64,000 nucleotides of DNA, taken from assembly GCA_050251055.1 (NCBI GenBank), contig JBFWNL010000001.1:235825-299824 (forward strand), written 5' to 3'. Each line of letters begins with the position of its first letter. The stretch's first letter is position 1. The notes beneath the pieces are model-generated. The model saw nothing but the letters and a program-made list of their open reading frames with translations, did no database searches and was not told where the DNA came from. The position numbers and the translations under genes were made by a program. Origin of the DNA: Bacteriovoracia bacterium. Lineage in GTDB: Bacteria; Bdellovibrionota; UBA1018; JBFWNL01. Below are positions 27,328 through 36,893 of the stretch, piece by piece.

Positions 27328-28683
27328 ATGACCCGACTCTTTGGGACCGACGGTATTCGTGGCATGGCCAACGAGTTCCCCATGACTGGCGAAATCGCCA
27401 TGGCCGTGGGGAAGGCGGTCGCGCATGTTTTCAAAAAGACGCACATCGGCCGAAAGCCACGCATCGTCGTGGGCAAAGACACTCGCGTCGCCAACTACAT
27501 GATCGAGACCGCGCTCGTGTCGGGTATCTGCTCGATGGGGGCGGATGCAGTGATTTTAGGTCCGCTTCCCACGCCCGGGGTGGCCTTCGTCACCCAGAGC
27601 ATGCGTGCCGACGCTGGCATCATGATCTCGGCTTCGCACAATCCCTATTATGACACCGGTATCAAGATCTTCTCCGCCGATGGGTACAAGCTGCCTGACG
27701 CCGTGGAAACCGAAATCGAGCAGCTCGTCTTTTCGAAGGAGACAGACAAGTTTCGCCCCACACACGACAAGATCGGCAAGGCCACCCGAATCGAAGACGC
27801 CATTGGGCGTTACGTCGTTTTTCTAAAGAGCCTCTTCGCCCGTGATCTCGACCTCCAGGGCATGCGTATCGTACTCGACTGCGCCCACGGCGCCGCCTAC
27901 AAGGTCGCACCCATGGTGTTCGAAGAGCTGGGCGCCGAAGTGATCCGCCGGGGCGTAACCCCAAACGGGATGAACATCAACGAAAAGTGCGGCGCGCTCC
28001 ATCCCGAGTACGTCGCCGCATCCACTATGGAGGCCCAGGCTGCCGTGGGGATCGCCCTCGATGGGGACGGCGACCGATGCATCCTTTCAGACGAAAACGG
28101 CGAGATCGTCGACGGCGATCAGATCATCGGGCTCTGTGCGTTGCAGATGTGCCAGGAACAAACCCTCGCACAAAACACGGTGGTGACGACACCGATGTCC
28201 AACTATGGCTTGGAAGTAACGCTGAAAAAGCATGGCATCTCAATGGTCCGCGCCCAGGTGGGGGACCGCTACGTAGTGGATACCATGCGCAAGAATGGAT
28301 TTAACCTGGGCGGCGAACAATCGGGCCACGTCGTCTTTCTCGATCAGTGCACCAGCGGCGATGGAATCGTGGCCGCGCTGAAGGTCCTCGAAACCGTGCG
28401 CCGAACCAAGAAGCCTCTTTCGGAGCTCAAGCAGGCCATCCAACTTTTCCCGCAGGTCCGCAACGACGTCCGCGTTTCAAAGAAAGAGCCCTTCGAGAGC
28501 GTCGGTGAAATCCAGAAGATGATAGAAAAGGCGGAGAAGGCCCTGAAGGACCGCGGCCGCGTTTTTGTCCGTTATTCCGGCACCGAGCCCTTGGCTCGAG
28601 TCATGGTAGAAGGGGAGGATTTACGGCAAATCCAGACCCTCTCCCAGGACATCGCTGCCTCCATCCAGCGACACTTAGGTTGA
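27328..28683 (+). CDS. glmM: Phosphoglucosamine mutase
   Basis: FGTDGIRG, SASHNP, DGDGDR, GGEQSGH, RYSGTEP. Confidence 0.97.
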   Translation: MTRLFGTDGIRGMANEFPMTGEIAMAVGKAVAHVFKKTHIGRKPRIVVGKDTRVANYMIETALVSGICSMGADAVILGPLPTPGVAFVTQSMRADAGIMISASHNPYYDTGIKIFSADGYKLPDAVETEIEQLVFSKETDKFRPTHDKIGKATRIEDAIGRYVVFLKSLFARDLDLQGMRIVLDCAHGAAYKVAPMVFEELGAEVIRRGVTPNGMNINEKCGALHPEYVAASTMEAQAAVGIALDGDGDRCILSDENGEIVDGDQIIGLCALQMCQEQTLAQNTVVTTPMSNYGLEVTLKKHGISMVRAQVGDRYVVDTMRKNGFNLGGEQSGHVVFLDQCTSGDGIVAALKVLETVRRTKKPLSELKQAIQLFPQVRNDVRVSKKEPFESVGEIQKMIEKAEKALKDRGRVFVRYSGTEPLARVMVEGEDLRQIQTLSQDIAASIQRHLG

Positions 28684-28689
28684 TTGATC

Positions 28690-29484
28690 ATGGCCCGCGC
28701 GACCTCCCCGTCCACTTTCGATAAGCATTCCGTGCCCCGATTAGGGGTAAATATCGATCACATCGCGACCCTGCGCCAGCTGCGCGGCACGCCTTATCCG
28801 GATCTACTCGAGGCCGCCCGCATCGTCGAAGACGCGGGCGCCCAGCAGATCACCGTTCATCTGCGGGAAGATCGACGTCACATTCAGGATCAAGACGTAA
28901 AGGATTTGCGCGCGAAACTACGCGTGCCGCTGAATCTGGAGATGTGCCTCGCCGACGAAATCGTGCGTTTCGCCAAAAAAATCCGACCCGATTGGGCCTG
29001 CCTGGTGCCGGAAAAGCGCGCCGAGGTCACTACCGAGGGCGGGTTGAACCTGCTGAAGACCAAAAAACGCGCAGCGAAGGTAATTCAAGACCTCAAGAAG
29101 CAAGGCACGAAGGTCAGCCTGTTCATCGAGCCCTCCGTGCAGGCCGTGAAGCTGAGTCAGGCGCTCGGCGCCGACGCCGTGGAGTTTCACACTGGGCACT
29201 ACTGCATTCTTTCCCAGATGACCAATCCACCTGCGAAAAAAATCGAAGCCGAGTTAAAGAAGCTGGAGACCGCCGCCAAGCTTGCCTTGCAGCTCGGCAT
29301 CCATCCTCACGCCGGGCATGGACTGGACTACGACAACGTTCGGCCCGTGGTCGTCATGGACCGCGGAGGCGGCGCACCGCTAATTGAAGAGTACAACATA
29401 GGGCACGTGATCGTTTGCCGGGCCGCCCTCGTGGGCCTGGGGCAAGCCGTGCGGGAGATGGTGTCCGCGATCGCGGCGCCTTGA
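28690..29484 (+). CDS. pdxJ: Pyridoxine 5'-phosphate synthase
   Basis: LGVNIDHIATLR, HLREDRRHI, TTEGG, AGHGL, EYNIGH. Confidence 0.97.
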   Translation: MARATSPSTFDKHSVPRLGVNIDHIATLRQLRGTPYPDLLEAARIVEDAGAQQITVHLREDRRHIQDQDVKDLRAKLRVPLNLEMCLADEIVRFAKKIRPDWACLVPEKRAEVTTEGGLNLLKTKKRAAKVIQDLKKQGTKVSLFIEPSVQAVKLSQALGADAVEFHTGHYCILSQMTNPPAKKIEAELKKLETAAKLALQLGIHPHAGHGLDYDNVRPVVVMDRGGGAPLIEEYNIGHVIVCRAALVGLGQAVREMVSAIAAP

Positions 29485-29512
29485 AATAGGAAGTTAGGAT
29501 AGGGGAGACACG

Positions 29513-31111
29513 ATGGCTTCACCGTTAAGGATTTGCACCAGCAGCGAGATGCGCGAGCTCGACCGGTTAGCCGAAACCGAATACAAAATCGACGCCCAAC
29601 TTTTAATGGAGAACGCCGGCCGTGCGGCGGTGAACGTGCTGTTCGAGTACTTTCCAGACGCCGGCAAGCAGACGGAAATCCTCGTCTTCGCGGGCAAAGG
29701 CAATAACGCCGGCGATGCTTTCGTCGTCGCCCGCCGCCTGCTCTGCCTTGAACGCAAAGTCCGCATCTTCCATCTCGTGGACCCTTCCCAATATAGCGGC
29801 CCCGTCCGAAAGAATTACGAAATTCTCAAGCAAATGAAGGCGAAACTCATCCACCTGGATACCGCCGCCGATCTGGAGTCCTTCTTTAAGAGTTCCTCGG
29901 GACCCTTTACGGTCATCGACGGCATCCTCGGCACCGGGCTAAAGGGGAATCTAGAAGGCATCTTTTATGACGTGGTGGAGATCATCAATCACCAACGATT
30001 CTCCCAAGTCGTGGCCCTCGATATGCCCACGGGCGTAAACGGCGATTCGGGCGCCGTCCACGGCACGTCAATCTTGGCAAATCTCACCGTTTCGTTCGGT
30101 TTCCCCAAGCTAGGGCATTTCTTCCCCCCGGGAGCGGGCCGCCGCGGGGAGCTTGTCAACGTTGACATTTCGCTCCCGCCACGCTTCCGTAAGGAGGGCG
30201 ACAAATTTCTCCTCCGCCGCCAACCCATGGCGAAACTCCTGAAGCGCCGCGATCGCTACGGGCACAAGAATTCCTTCGGGCACACCCTGCTGGTGGGAGG
30301 AAGCCCCGGGCGGCTCGGCGCGATCGTTATGGCCGCGCGCACCTGCCATAAAATGGGAACGGGTTTGGTGACGGTCGCCTCCTGGAAGGACTCCATGGAT
30401 ATCCTGCTCATGAAACTGCCGGACGAGACGATGGCGGTACCCATCGAGCTGGAAGGCCCCGAGCTCGAGACCTACATGAAAGCCCTGAAGGGGTACTCCA
30501 GCATTGTTGTTGGCCCAGGCTTGGGCACGCGTCCAGATGGGAAAATCCTGATGGAACATCTGCTGGGTGCCTACAAAGGCCCGCTGGTGATTGACGCCGA
30601 TGGCCTCAATTTGATTTCAGATTACAAGATGCACGCGCTCCTACAGGGACGCGCGGCCCCGACCGTGATTACACCCCATCCGGGAGAGATGGCTCGCTTC
30701 CTAGATGTAGATAAGCGGGAAGTGCTCGAGGATCCCATCGGCAGCGTTAAGCGGGCCGTAAAACTCACTCACGGAGTCGTGATGCTCAAAGGCGCAGCGA
30801 CGATCATCGGCTCCACCGACGACGTCATTTATTTCAACCACTATCCCAACGACGGCATGGCCACCGCGGGGAGCGGGGACGTGCTCGCCGGGATGATCGG
30901 CGGCTTACTTGGACAAAAGATGGATCCTTTCAAAGGGACGCAGCTAGCGATCTACTTGCACAGCTTGGCCGGAGATTTCGCGGCCAACTCTCAGGGACAC
31001 CGCTCCATGACTGCACCGGATATTATCGAGAACATCGGCAATGCCTTCAAAGAACTCAAAACGCCGCGCAAAGAAGCCTTCCCCGAAGAAGGCAAAGCGC
31101 GCCTCGTCTAA
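29513..31111 (+). CDS. nnr: Bifunctional NAD(P)H-hydrate epimerase/dehydratase
   Basis: LMENAG, GKGNNAGD, HK, DADG, TPHPGE, MATAGSGDVL. Confidence 0.93.
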   Translation: MASPLRICTSSEMRELDRLAETEYKIDAQLLMENAGRAAVNVLFEYFPDAGKQTEILVFAGKGNNAGDAFVVARRLLCLERKVRIFHLVDPSQYSGPVRKNYEILKQMKAKLIHLDTAADLESFFKSSSGPFTVIDGILGTGLKGNLEGIFYDVVEIINHQRFSQVVALDMPTGVNGDSGAVHGTSILANLTVSFGFPKLGHFFPPGAGRRGELVNVDISLPPRFRKEGDKFLLRRQPMAKLLKRRDRYGHKNSFGHTLLVGGSPGRLGAIVMAARTCHKMGTGLVTVASWKDSMDILLMKLPDETMAVPIELEGPELETYMKALKGYSSIVVGPGLGTRPDGKILMEHLLGAYKGPLVIDADGLNLISDYKMHALLQGRAAPTVITPHPGEMARFLDVDKREVLEDPIGSVKRAVKLTHGVVMLKGAATIIGSTDDVIYFNHYPNDGMATAGSGDVLAGMIGGLLGQKMDPFKGTQLAIYLHSLAGDFAANSQGHRSMTAPDIIENIGNAFKELKTPRKEAFPEEGKARLV

Positions 31112-31571
31112 GCGCCGCCAGCCCATACGCAAGCCCGCGGGGTTAACCGAGGTCGGCTTGCGCTCCTACGCCGGCAAACTTGCCGCGGATCTTAAGCCAG
31201 GAGACTGTGTGTTACTGGAGGGACCGCTCGGCGCTGGTAAATCCACCTTCGCGCGCTTCCTCATCGCGGCGCTGGGGGGACCGGAAGCGTCGGCCGGTAG
31301 TCCTACCTTCTCCATCGCTCACGAGTATGCCACGCCCCGGGGCGAAGTCATTCATGTCGACCTCTATCGCCTGGAGGACGAAATGGAGCTCGAAGCCGCC
31401 GGAATCGAGAGCTATTTCCTCGAGCGCGCCGCGATTGTGATTTGCGAATGGGCTTCTCGCTTCCCGCAGTGGGTGGAGCGGGTGGCTCCGCCTACCTCTC
31501 CGAACTCTCTTCGAATTCAGCTCGAATTCGTCCCCGGGCGGCCAAACCTTCGAAAGCTGCTTAGGTTTTAA
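31041..31571 (+). CDS. tsaE: t6A biosynthesis ATPase TsaE (start uncertain; TTG at 31158 is possible)
   Basis: GPLGAGKST, SPTF, HVDLYRL, EW motifs. Confidence 0.92.
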   Translation: MPSKNSKRRAKKPSPKKAKRASSKRRQPIRKPAGLTEVGLRSYAGKLAADLKPGDCVLLEGPLGAGKSTFARFLIAALGGPEASAGSPTFSIAHEYATPRGEVIHVDLYRLEDEMELEAAGIESYFLERAAIVICEWASRFPQWVERVAPPTSPNSLRIQLEFVPGRPNLRKLLRF

Positions 31572-31731
31572 ACAGCCGGGAAATATTTACAGGGAATCGC
31601 CCCGCCGCAATCCCCATACCCGTGCGCTTACTCGGCGTCATGATCGCTCTTCGTTTTCACTAAGCCCAGAAGGTACTCGTGGTTCGCAGCTCTCCTACGC
31701 AGTAAGCGGATTTTTTTTATCCAGCCGGCAA

Positions 31732-31748
31732 CCGGTACGGCGGTTGCT
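31732..31748 (+). promoter_or_regulatory. Putative sigma54 promoter
   Basis: CCGGTAC-ggcgg-TTGCT, i.e. GG-N10-GC, upstream of the 31791 ORF. Confidence 0.6.
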
Positions 31749-31790
31749 CTGGTGGAAAGTCGAAATCTCTGTAATCGGAAAGGACTTGCC

Positions 31791-32621
31791 ATGCTACTTT
31801 CATTTCTGCTTTCAATTGCGACTGTCCAGGCGGATCCCACGTTGGCCTATCTGTCGAAAACGGTCTCCGCCGCTCTTAATCGCGTAGAAATTCAGCTCGG
31901 AAACGAAGCCCAGGTGGTCGCCGGCGAGGACCGCGTTCAAATGTGGGGACCCATGCCCTACACGGTCGAACAGCGCCACTATACTTTCGGCTTTGGCACC
32001 GGCCAGCCGAATGGGGCTGTGGTGAGGTGGTTCCCCAGTTCGGCGGAAGCGAAAGAGTGGAAAGCCTTGATCGAGCACGAGAGCTTCCGACCCAACTATA
32101 GTCTCAACTTGGCCTACCGGCCCTATGGCTACAAGGGAGAGCCGGTCTTGATCGACTGGTTCACGATCCGCGACGTCAACTCTCTCCAGTCTGATTGTTT
32201 ACAGAAGCAGTGGAATGAGATCAATTCGGCGTTAAGCGATCCCCAGACCTTCGGAGACCTAATCAGGTTGAGGCAGACGAATCTGCGTCGAAGTTTGTCT
32301 CCTGATGGAAAGTCGGCCATTCGTACTTCGAGGTCACTCTATTTCGAGGTTTTAGTAAAAGACCACTTTACTCGTCACGCCAATTGGGAACTGGTTGAGA
32401 AAACCTCGAACAGCGCGGAGGAGCCGTCCACCGCCCTCGTGAAGTTAGGCTTTCCAAACTCCGACAGTCCCGACTTATCTAATGACGACCCTACGGGATA
32501 CGCGCCCCGGAGTGTCGTGGTTTCCGTAAGGGCACGCATCGATCATGAAGGGAATTGCGTGGTTGCGGACCAAAAAAGCGTGAGCAGCGCATTTTTTGAA
32601 CGCCTTTGGGCACACCTATAG
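31791..32621 (+). CDS. Secreted hypothetical protein
   Basis: SD aagga plus ATG; signal peptide ending VQA; no family recognised. Confidence 0.7.
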   Translation: MLLSFLLSIATVQADPTLAYLSKTVSAALNRVEIQLGNEAQVVAGEDRVQMWGPMPYTVEQRHYTFGFGTGQPNGAVVRWFPSSAEAKEWKALIEHESFRPNYSLNLAYRPYGYKGEPVLIDWFTIRDVNSLQSDCLQKQWNEINSALSDPQTFGDLIRLRQTNLRRSLSPDGKSAIRTSRSLYFEVLVKDHFTRHANWELVEKTSNSAEEPSTALVKLGFPNSDSPDLSNDDPTGYAPRSVVVSVRARIDHEGNCVVADQKSVSSAFFERLWAHL

Positions 32622-32649
32622 GCTTCGTGGAAATAGACCCCTAGGCAGG

Positions 32650-33765
32650 CTAAGCAACTTTGCGCGGTGGCGCGAGGCTTAAGGTAGGAATCGCCGCCTC
32701 GACCGCCGAAGTGAGACTCATCGTCGAAATGAGGACAAGTGCCCCGCGACAGGCCGTGGCGCTTCCCACCCGCACGAGCGTGAGGTATTCGGCGTCTCGC
32801 GCGCCAAAGGCCGCGCGCACGACGTTGCGGGTACTGATAGTGACCGTGCTCGGCCCCGGGGGCGCCAGTTCTACGTAGCCCGTTTTCACGAGCGTGTTCC
32901 AAAGATCCGGCACCAAAGCCGGATCCCAAGTTAAGCCCTGCCAAAAAGTGAATTTATCCGCCACGCCGACGGCGGCGGTGGCCACGAAAACCGGCGCCTT
33001 CGCGCCCGGTGGGGGCGGCGCGATCGCCAGAAAGGCCGCGCTCTCGACACCTTGTTGAAGCAATCCCACCAAGGCCGCGCCCATCGGATCGGCGCTCGCG
33101 CGCAGGGTATTGATCTCCCATTTGACGAGCGCCTTCGCGCCTCCTCCGGGATGCTCTTCCCGGCGTCTCGCGCGCTGAACCTTCAAAGCTGGCAGCGCGG
33201 GCTGGGGCTGGGCCGCGACCGCTTCAATGCCGTGACTCAGCTCGCCCAACGAGGGTTCCGAAACTTCTTCGCTCGGATTGAAAAGAATTCCGGAAGAGGT
33301 CTTCGGCTCACGAATTTCCTCCTCGTTCGTCAGCGGAGTGACTTCCACTTGGGGCTCGTTACGCGTTTCGAATTTGATGTCTTCGCCCACGTCCATGACG
33401 ATGGAAATTTCTTGCGGCTCGCGTGTTTTCTTCTCGGGATCGCTGTTTCCCTTCGCCGCCGGTTTTTCCGCTTCGGTTTCAAAGAGCGGCCGATCTTCGG
33501 AGTGGGAAGGCGTGGACGAACGAGAAAAAGTCGGCCCGCCGGTGGGGGGAGGAGGAGGACTTTTTGACGGTGACCGTCCAGGCGGGGGTGGAGGGGCCGC
33601 TGGCTTGTCTTGTTTGAATAGAGGTGGCTCAGAACTATTTGATATTGCTAATTTTTTTCGAGCCATGAGCGTGGTAATGCTGGGCATTTCACGGATGTCG
33701 GAGGTCTCCGAGTCATGTAAAAATGCCGCGCTAGAGTCCGGTTTTTTGGGTTTCTGATCGCTCAT
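32650..33765 (-). CDS. Hypothetical protein with Pro/Glu-rich disordered N-terminus and compact (GAF-like?) C-terminal domain
   Basis: 371-aa ORF; poly-Pro tracts; alpha/beta C-terminal ~150 aa. Confidence 0.7.
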   Translation of the reverse strand: MSDQKPKKPDSSAAFLHDSETSDIREMPSITTLMARKKLAISNSSEPPLFKQDKPAAPPPPPGRSPSKSPPPPPTGGPTFSRSSTPSHSEDRPLFETEAEKPAAKGNSDPEKKTREPQEISIVMDVGEDIKFETRNEPQVEVTPLTNEEEIREPKTSSGILFNPSEEVSEPSLGELSHGIEAVAAQPQPALPALKVQRARRREEHPGGGAKALVKWEINTLRASADPMGAALVGLLQQGVESAAFLAIAPPPPGAKAPVFVATAAVGVADKFTFWQGLTWDPALVPDLWNTLVKTGYVELAPPGPSTVTISTRNVVRAAFGARDAEYLTLVRVGSATACRGALVLISTMSLTSAVEAAIPTLSLAPPRKVA

Positions 33766-34033
33766 AAATGTAAAAAGTACACACTCACCTAAGAGTCGTA
33801 TCGGTGAATTCTACCGGGTACTAGAGGGCATTCCGTTGACCCGGGCCAGCCGGAAAAAATCCGGATCTCATTAGTTGACTCGTCCTATACAGCATGCTAC
33901 GACTCTAAATGTGTTTCACTTCGTGCGTCGGGAGTTTTTCCCTGCGTGCGAACCGACTTAACTTTGACGGAATGTCTGTGAAAGGAAGTCGCATTTCCCC
34001 AAAACAGTGTGAGAGGGGAAAGGGAGGAATTAG

Positions 34034-34549
34034 ATGCGTCTGACATCAAAAGGAAGATACGCCGTAAGAGCGATTTTGGATTTAACGTTCAACTCCAACG
34101 GACGTCCCGTACGTCTGCAGGAGATTTCCGAGCGTCAAAACATTTCGCTGCATTACCTCGAGCAACTTTTCCGCCGCCTGCGCAAAGGCTCGGTGGTGAA
34201 GAGCGTTCGTGGTCCGGGCGGTGGTTATGTTTTGGCTCGCTCGATGGATGAGATCTCGATTCGCGATGTTCTCGTCAGCGTGGGCGAAAACATCAATCCA
34301 GCCCGCGATCTGATCGGATCCGGTGATTTGAAGAGCGACACGGTTGAGTTCGTGCTCACCAAGACCTACTTCGAAAATCTCGGCACGATCATGCAGGAGT
34401 ATCTCACCACCACGTCGGTGGGCGATTTGATCCGCAAGGCTCGTGGCACCCAGGAGCTCCCGAAGGGCGTCGAAAAGATGCTCGACCAAACGGGATTGCA
34501 AGCTCCCGCCGCAGGCCCCAATGCTGGCCGGGAAAAAGATCTATCTTGA
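34034..34549 (+). CDS. Rrf2-family transcriptional regulator (IscR/CymR-like, cysteine-free)
   Basis: MRLTSKGRYAV, YLEQLF, SVRGPGGGY; no Cys residues. Confidence 0.92.
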   Translation: MRLTSKGRYAVRAILDLTFNSNGRPVRLQEISERQNISLHYLEQLFRRLRKGSVVKSVRGPGGGYVLARSMDEISIRDVLVSVGENINPARDLIGSGDLKSDTVEFVLTKTYFENLGTIMQEYLTTTSVGDLIRKARGTQELPKGVEKMLDQTGLQAPAAGPNAGREKDLS

Positions 34550-35720
34550 TGCAAACGCAGGAGCGCCCCTCCACCCTCGGGTGAGAGAGGCGCTTCGCGA
34601 TTTGCTCGCGACTGATCTCTTCGCCAATCCGTCCAGCATTCATGCTCACGGTCGAATCTCTAAGCGCCATATCGCCGAAGCGCGTGAAGGCGTAGCTGCG
34701 TCTTTTGGCGCCGGCACTGACCCCGAACAAGTCCTCTTTACCTCTTCCGGCACCGAAGCCAATCAACTCATCATTAAAACCGTTTTAGAAAAGGCCCTGC
34801 GGGCGACTCCATCACCCCGCTGGATCACCACGCCGGTCGAGCACGACTCCGTCCTGCAGATGCAAAAGTGGTTTGAGGCGGAGGGCGGAAAAGTGGATCT
34901 ACTGCCCGTCGATAGGGCGGGCGGGCCCCAGGGCGCCGCTCTGAGCGCATTGGTGCGTCCCGAGACCGCCCTGCTCAGCACGGTGTGGGTAAATAACGAA
35001 ACGGGTGTCATCTCTGATCTCTCCTCACTGAATCGCTCCCTGCGGACCGCGCGTGAACAGATAGCCCCGCGGTTACGCTGGCATCTCGATGCCGCCCAAG
35101 CCTGGGGAAAGCTCGGCTTTAACGCCGCCGAAACCGGGGCTGACTATTTATCGGTGTCAGCCCACAAGATTGGCGGTCTCGCTGGCGCCGGCGCCATCTG
35201 GATGCGGCCCGGAAATGGAATCGACCCCGTTATCCATGGTCACCAAGAAAAAGGGCGGCGCGGGGGCACGGAAAATCTGCTGGGAATCATTTCTATGGGA
35301 ATCGCGGCCCGCCAGATCCAACCCATGGTTTGGGCAGAGACGGTCGCTCCGTTGCGGGCGCGCCTGGAAAGTGCTATCTGTGACGCTATCCCGCAAACGA
35401 TCGTCAATGGTCAAGGCGCACCTCGGGTGGCCAACACCTTGAACGTATCCTTCCACGGGGTAGGTGGAGACAGTCTGGTCATGGCCCTGGATCTCGCCGG
35501 CTATTCTGTAAGTGCGGGCTCCGCCTGTGCCAGCGGGGTGGTGGAGCCTTCCCACGTGCTGCTGGCTCTGGGAAGGAGCCGGGCGGAGGCCATGTCGGCC
35601 ATCCGCGTGTCGCTCTCGGAACGCGATACGTGGGAAAGCCTGGAAGGCTTTGTGGCCGCCACGGCGAAAGCCGTGGAGAGAGTACGGCAACGGGCGAAGT
35701 CGTCCGAAGTCGGCATTTAA
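34521..35720 (+). CDS. iscS: Cysteine desulfurase (IscS/NifS type)
   Basis: IYLDANA, NPSS, SGTEA, NNETG, SAHK (PLP lysine), SAGSAC. Confidence 0.9.
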   Translation: MLAGKKIYLDANAGAPLHPRVREALRDLLATDLFANPSSIHAHGRISKRHIAEAREGVAASFGAGTDPEQVLFTSSGTEANQLIIKTVLEKALRATPSPRWITTPVEHDSVLQMQKWFEAEGGKVDLLPVDRAGGPQGAALSALVRPETALLSTVWVNNETGVISDLSSLNRSLRTAREQIAPRLRWHLDAAQAWGKLGFNAAETGADYLSVSAHKIGGLAGAGAIWMRPGNGIDPVIHGHQEKGRRGGTENLLGIISMGIAARQIQPMVWAETVAPLRARLESAICDAIPQTIVNGQGAPRVANTLNVSFHGVGGDSLVMALDLAGYSVSAGSACASGVVEPSHVLLALGRSRAEAMSAIRVSLSERDTWESLEGFVAATAKAVERVRQRAKSSEVGI

Positions 35721-35738
35721 CGTTTTTATTAAAAGAGC

Positions 35739-36893
35739 ATGAACGCAACCGAAACCCCAATGCCCGCCACTGGCGGGGCCAAAAAGAGAGTCCTGGTCGC
35801 CATGAGTGGCGGTGTGGATAGCTCCGTCACGGCCGCGCTGCTCAAGACCCAAGGCTTCGATGTTATCGGCGTACACATGCAGCTGTGGAATCAGGCGGGC
35901 AAGAACACTGAGCGTTTCGGTGGGCGCTGCTGCTCGCTCGTGGATTCCAATGACGCCCGCCGGGTCTGCGACAAGCTCGACATTCCCTATTACGTGATCA
36001 ACGCCCAAGACGTCTTCCAGGAAGATGTCGTGGATTACTTCGTGCACGAGTATCTACAGAACCGGACGCCGAATCCATGCGTGCAATGCAACACCAAGAT
36101 CAAGTTCAGCTATCTCTTCCAGAAGGCGGACGATTTGGAATGCGAGCTGGTGGCGACCGGCCACTATGCTCAGGTCGTAACCGACCATCAGACCGGCATG
36201 GCCTCGTTACGTAAAGGCCTCGATCCTCGTAAAGACCAAAGCTATTTTCTTTTTGGTCTCACCCAAAAGGCGCTCCGTCGAACCCTGATGCCGCTCGGCG
36301 ACCTCCCCAAGCAAGGCGTGCGTAAGCTCGCGGCGGAGTTTGGGCTCGATTCGGTTTCCGAGAAGCCGGATAGCCAGGAGATCTGCTTCATCGGCGACGA
36401 AGGGTACAAGCAGTTCATTGAGGCCCGCACCGCGCCCGAGCTTCGCGCGCCCGGCAACATGACGAACCTCGACGGGTCAGTGATCGGCCAGCACCAGGGC
36501 CTCCATCGCTATACCATCGGTCAGCGTAAGGGACTGGATCTTGGCAAGAACGACAACCCCAAGGATCCTTACTTCGTGGTGGGCTTCGACGCACCTCAGA
36601 ACGTGGTGATCCTAGGCCCCGAAAAACAACTCTTTCAGCAAGACTTCATGGCGTCCAAAGTGAATTGGATTCGTCCGCTCGAGGGATTGGGCCTTCACTC
36701 CTTGAAGTGCAAAGCTCGTATTCGTTCTCACCAAACGGAAGCTGACTGCACGGTGAATGTTTTCGAAAATCAAACTGTGCAAGTTTCTTTCGATGCTCCC
36801 CAGCGCGCGATCACGCCCGGGCAAGCCGTGGTTTTTTACCAAGGCGACGATGTGCTGGGCGGGGGATTCATCGATCATGTCGGGAACGCTTAA
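35739..36893 (+). CDS. mnmA: tRNA 2-thiouridylase
   Basis: AMSGGVDS, TPNPCVQCN, ATGHY, KDQSYFL, SQEICF, YTIGQRKG, PGQ. Confidence 0.97.
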   Translation: MNATETPMPATGGAKKRVLVAMSGGVDSSVTAALLKTQGFDVIGVHMQLWNQAGKNTERFGGRCCSLVDSNDARRVCDKLDIPYYVINAQDVFQEDVVDYFVHEYLQNRTPNPCVQCNTKIKFSYLFQKADDLECELVATGHYAQVVTDHQTGMASLRKGLDPRKDQSYFLFGLTQKALRRTLMPLGDLPKQGVRKLAAEFGLDSVSEKPDSQEICFIGDEGYKQFIEARTAPELRAPGNMTNLDGSVIGQHQGLHRYTIGQRKGLDLGKNDNPKDPYFVVGFDAPQNVVILGPEKQLFQQDFMASKVNWIRPLEGLGLHSLKCKARIRSHQTEADCTVNVFENQTVQVSFDAPQRAITPGQAVVFYQGDDVLGGGFIDHVGNA

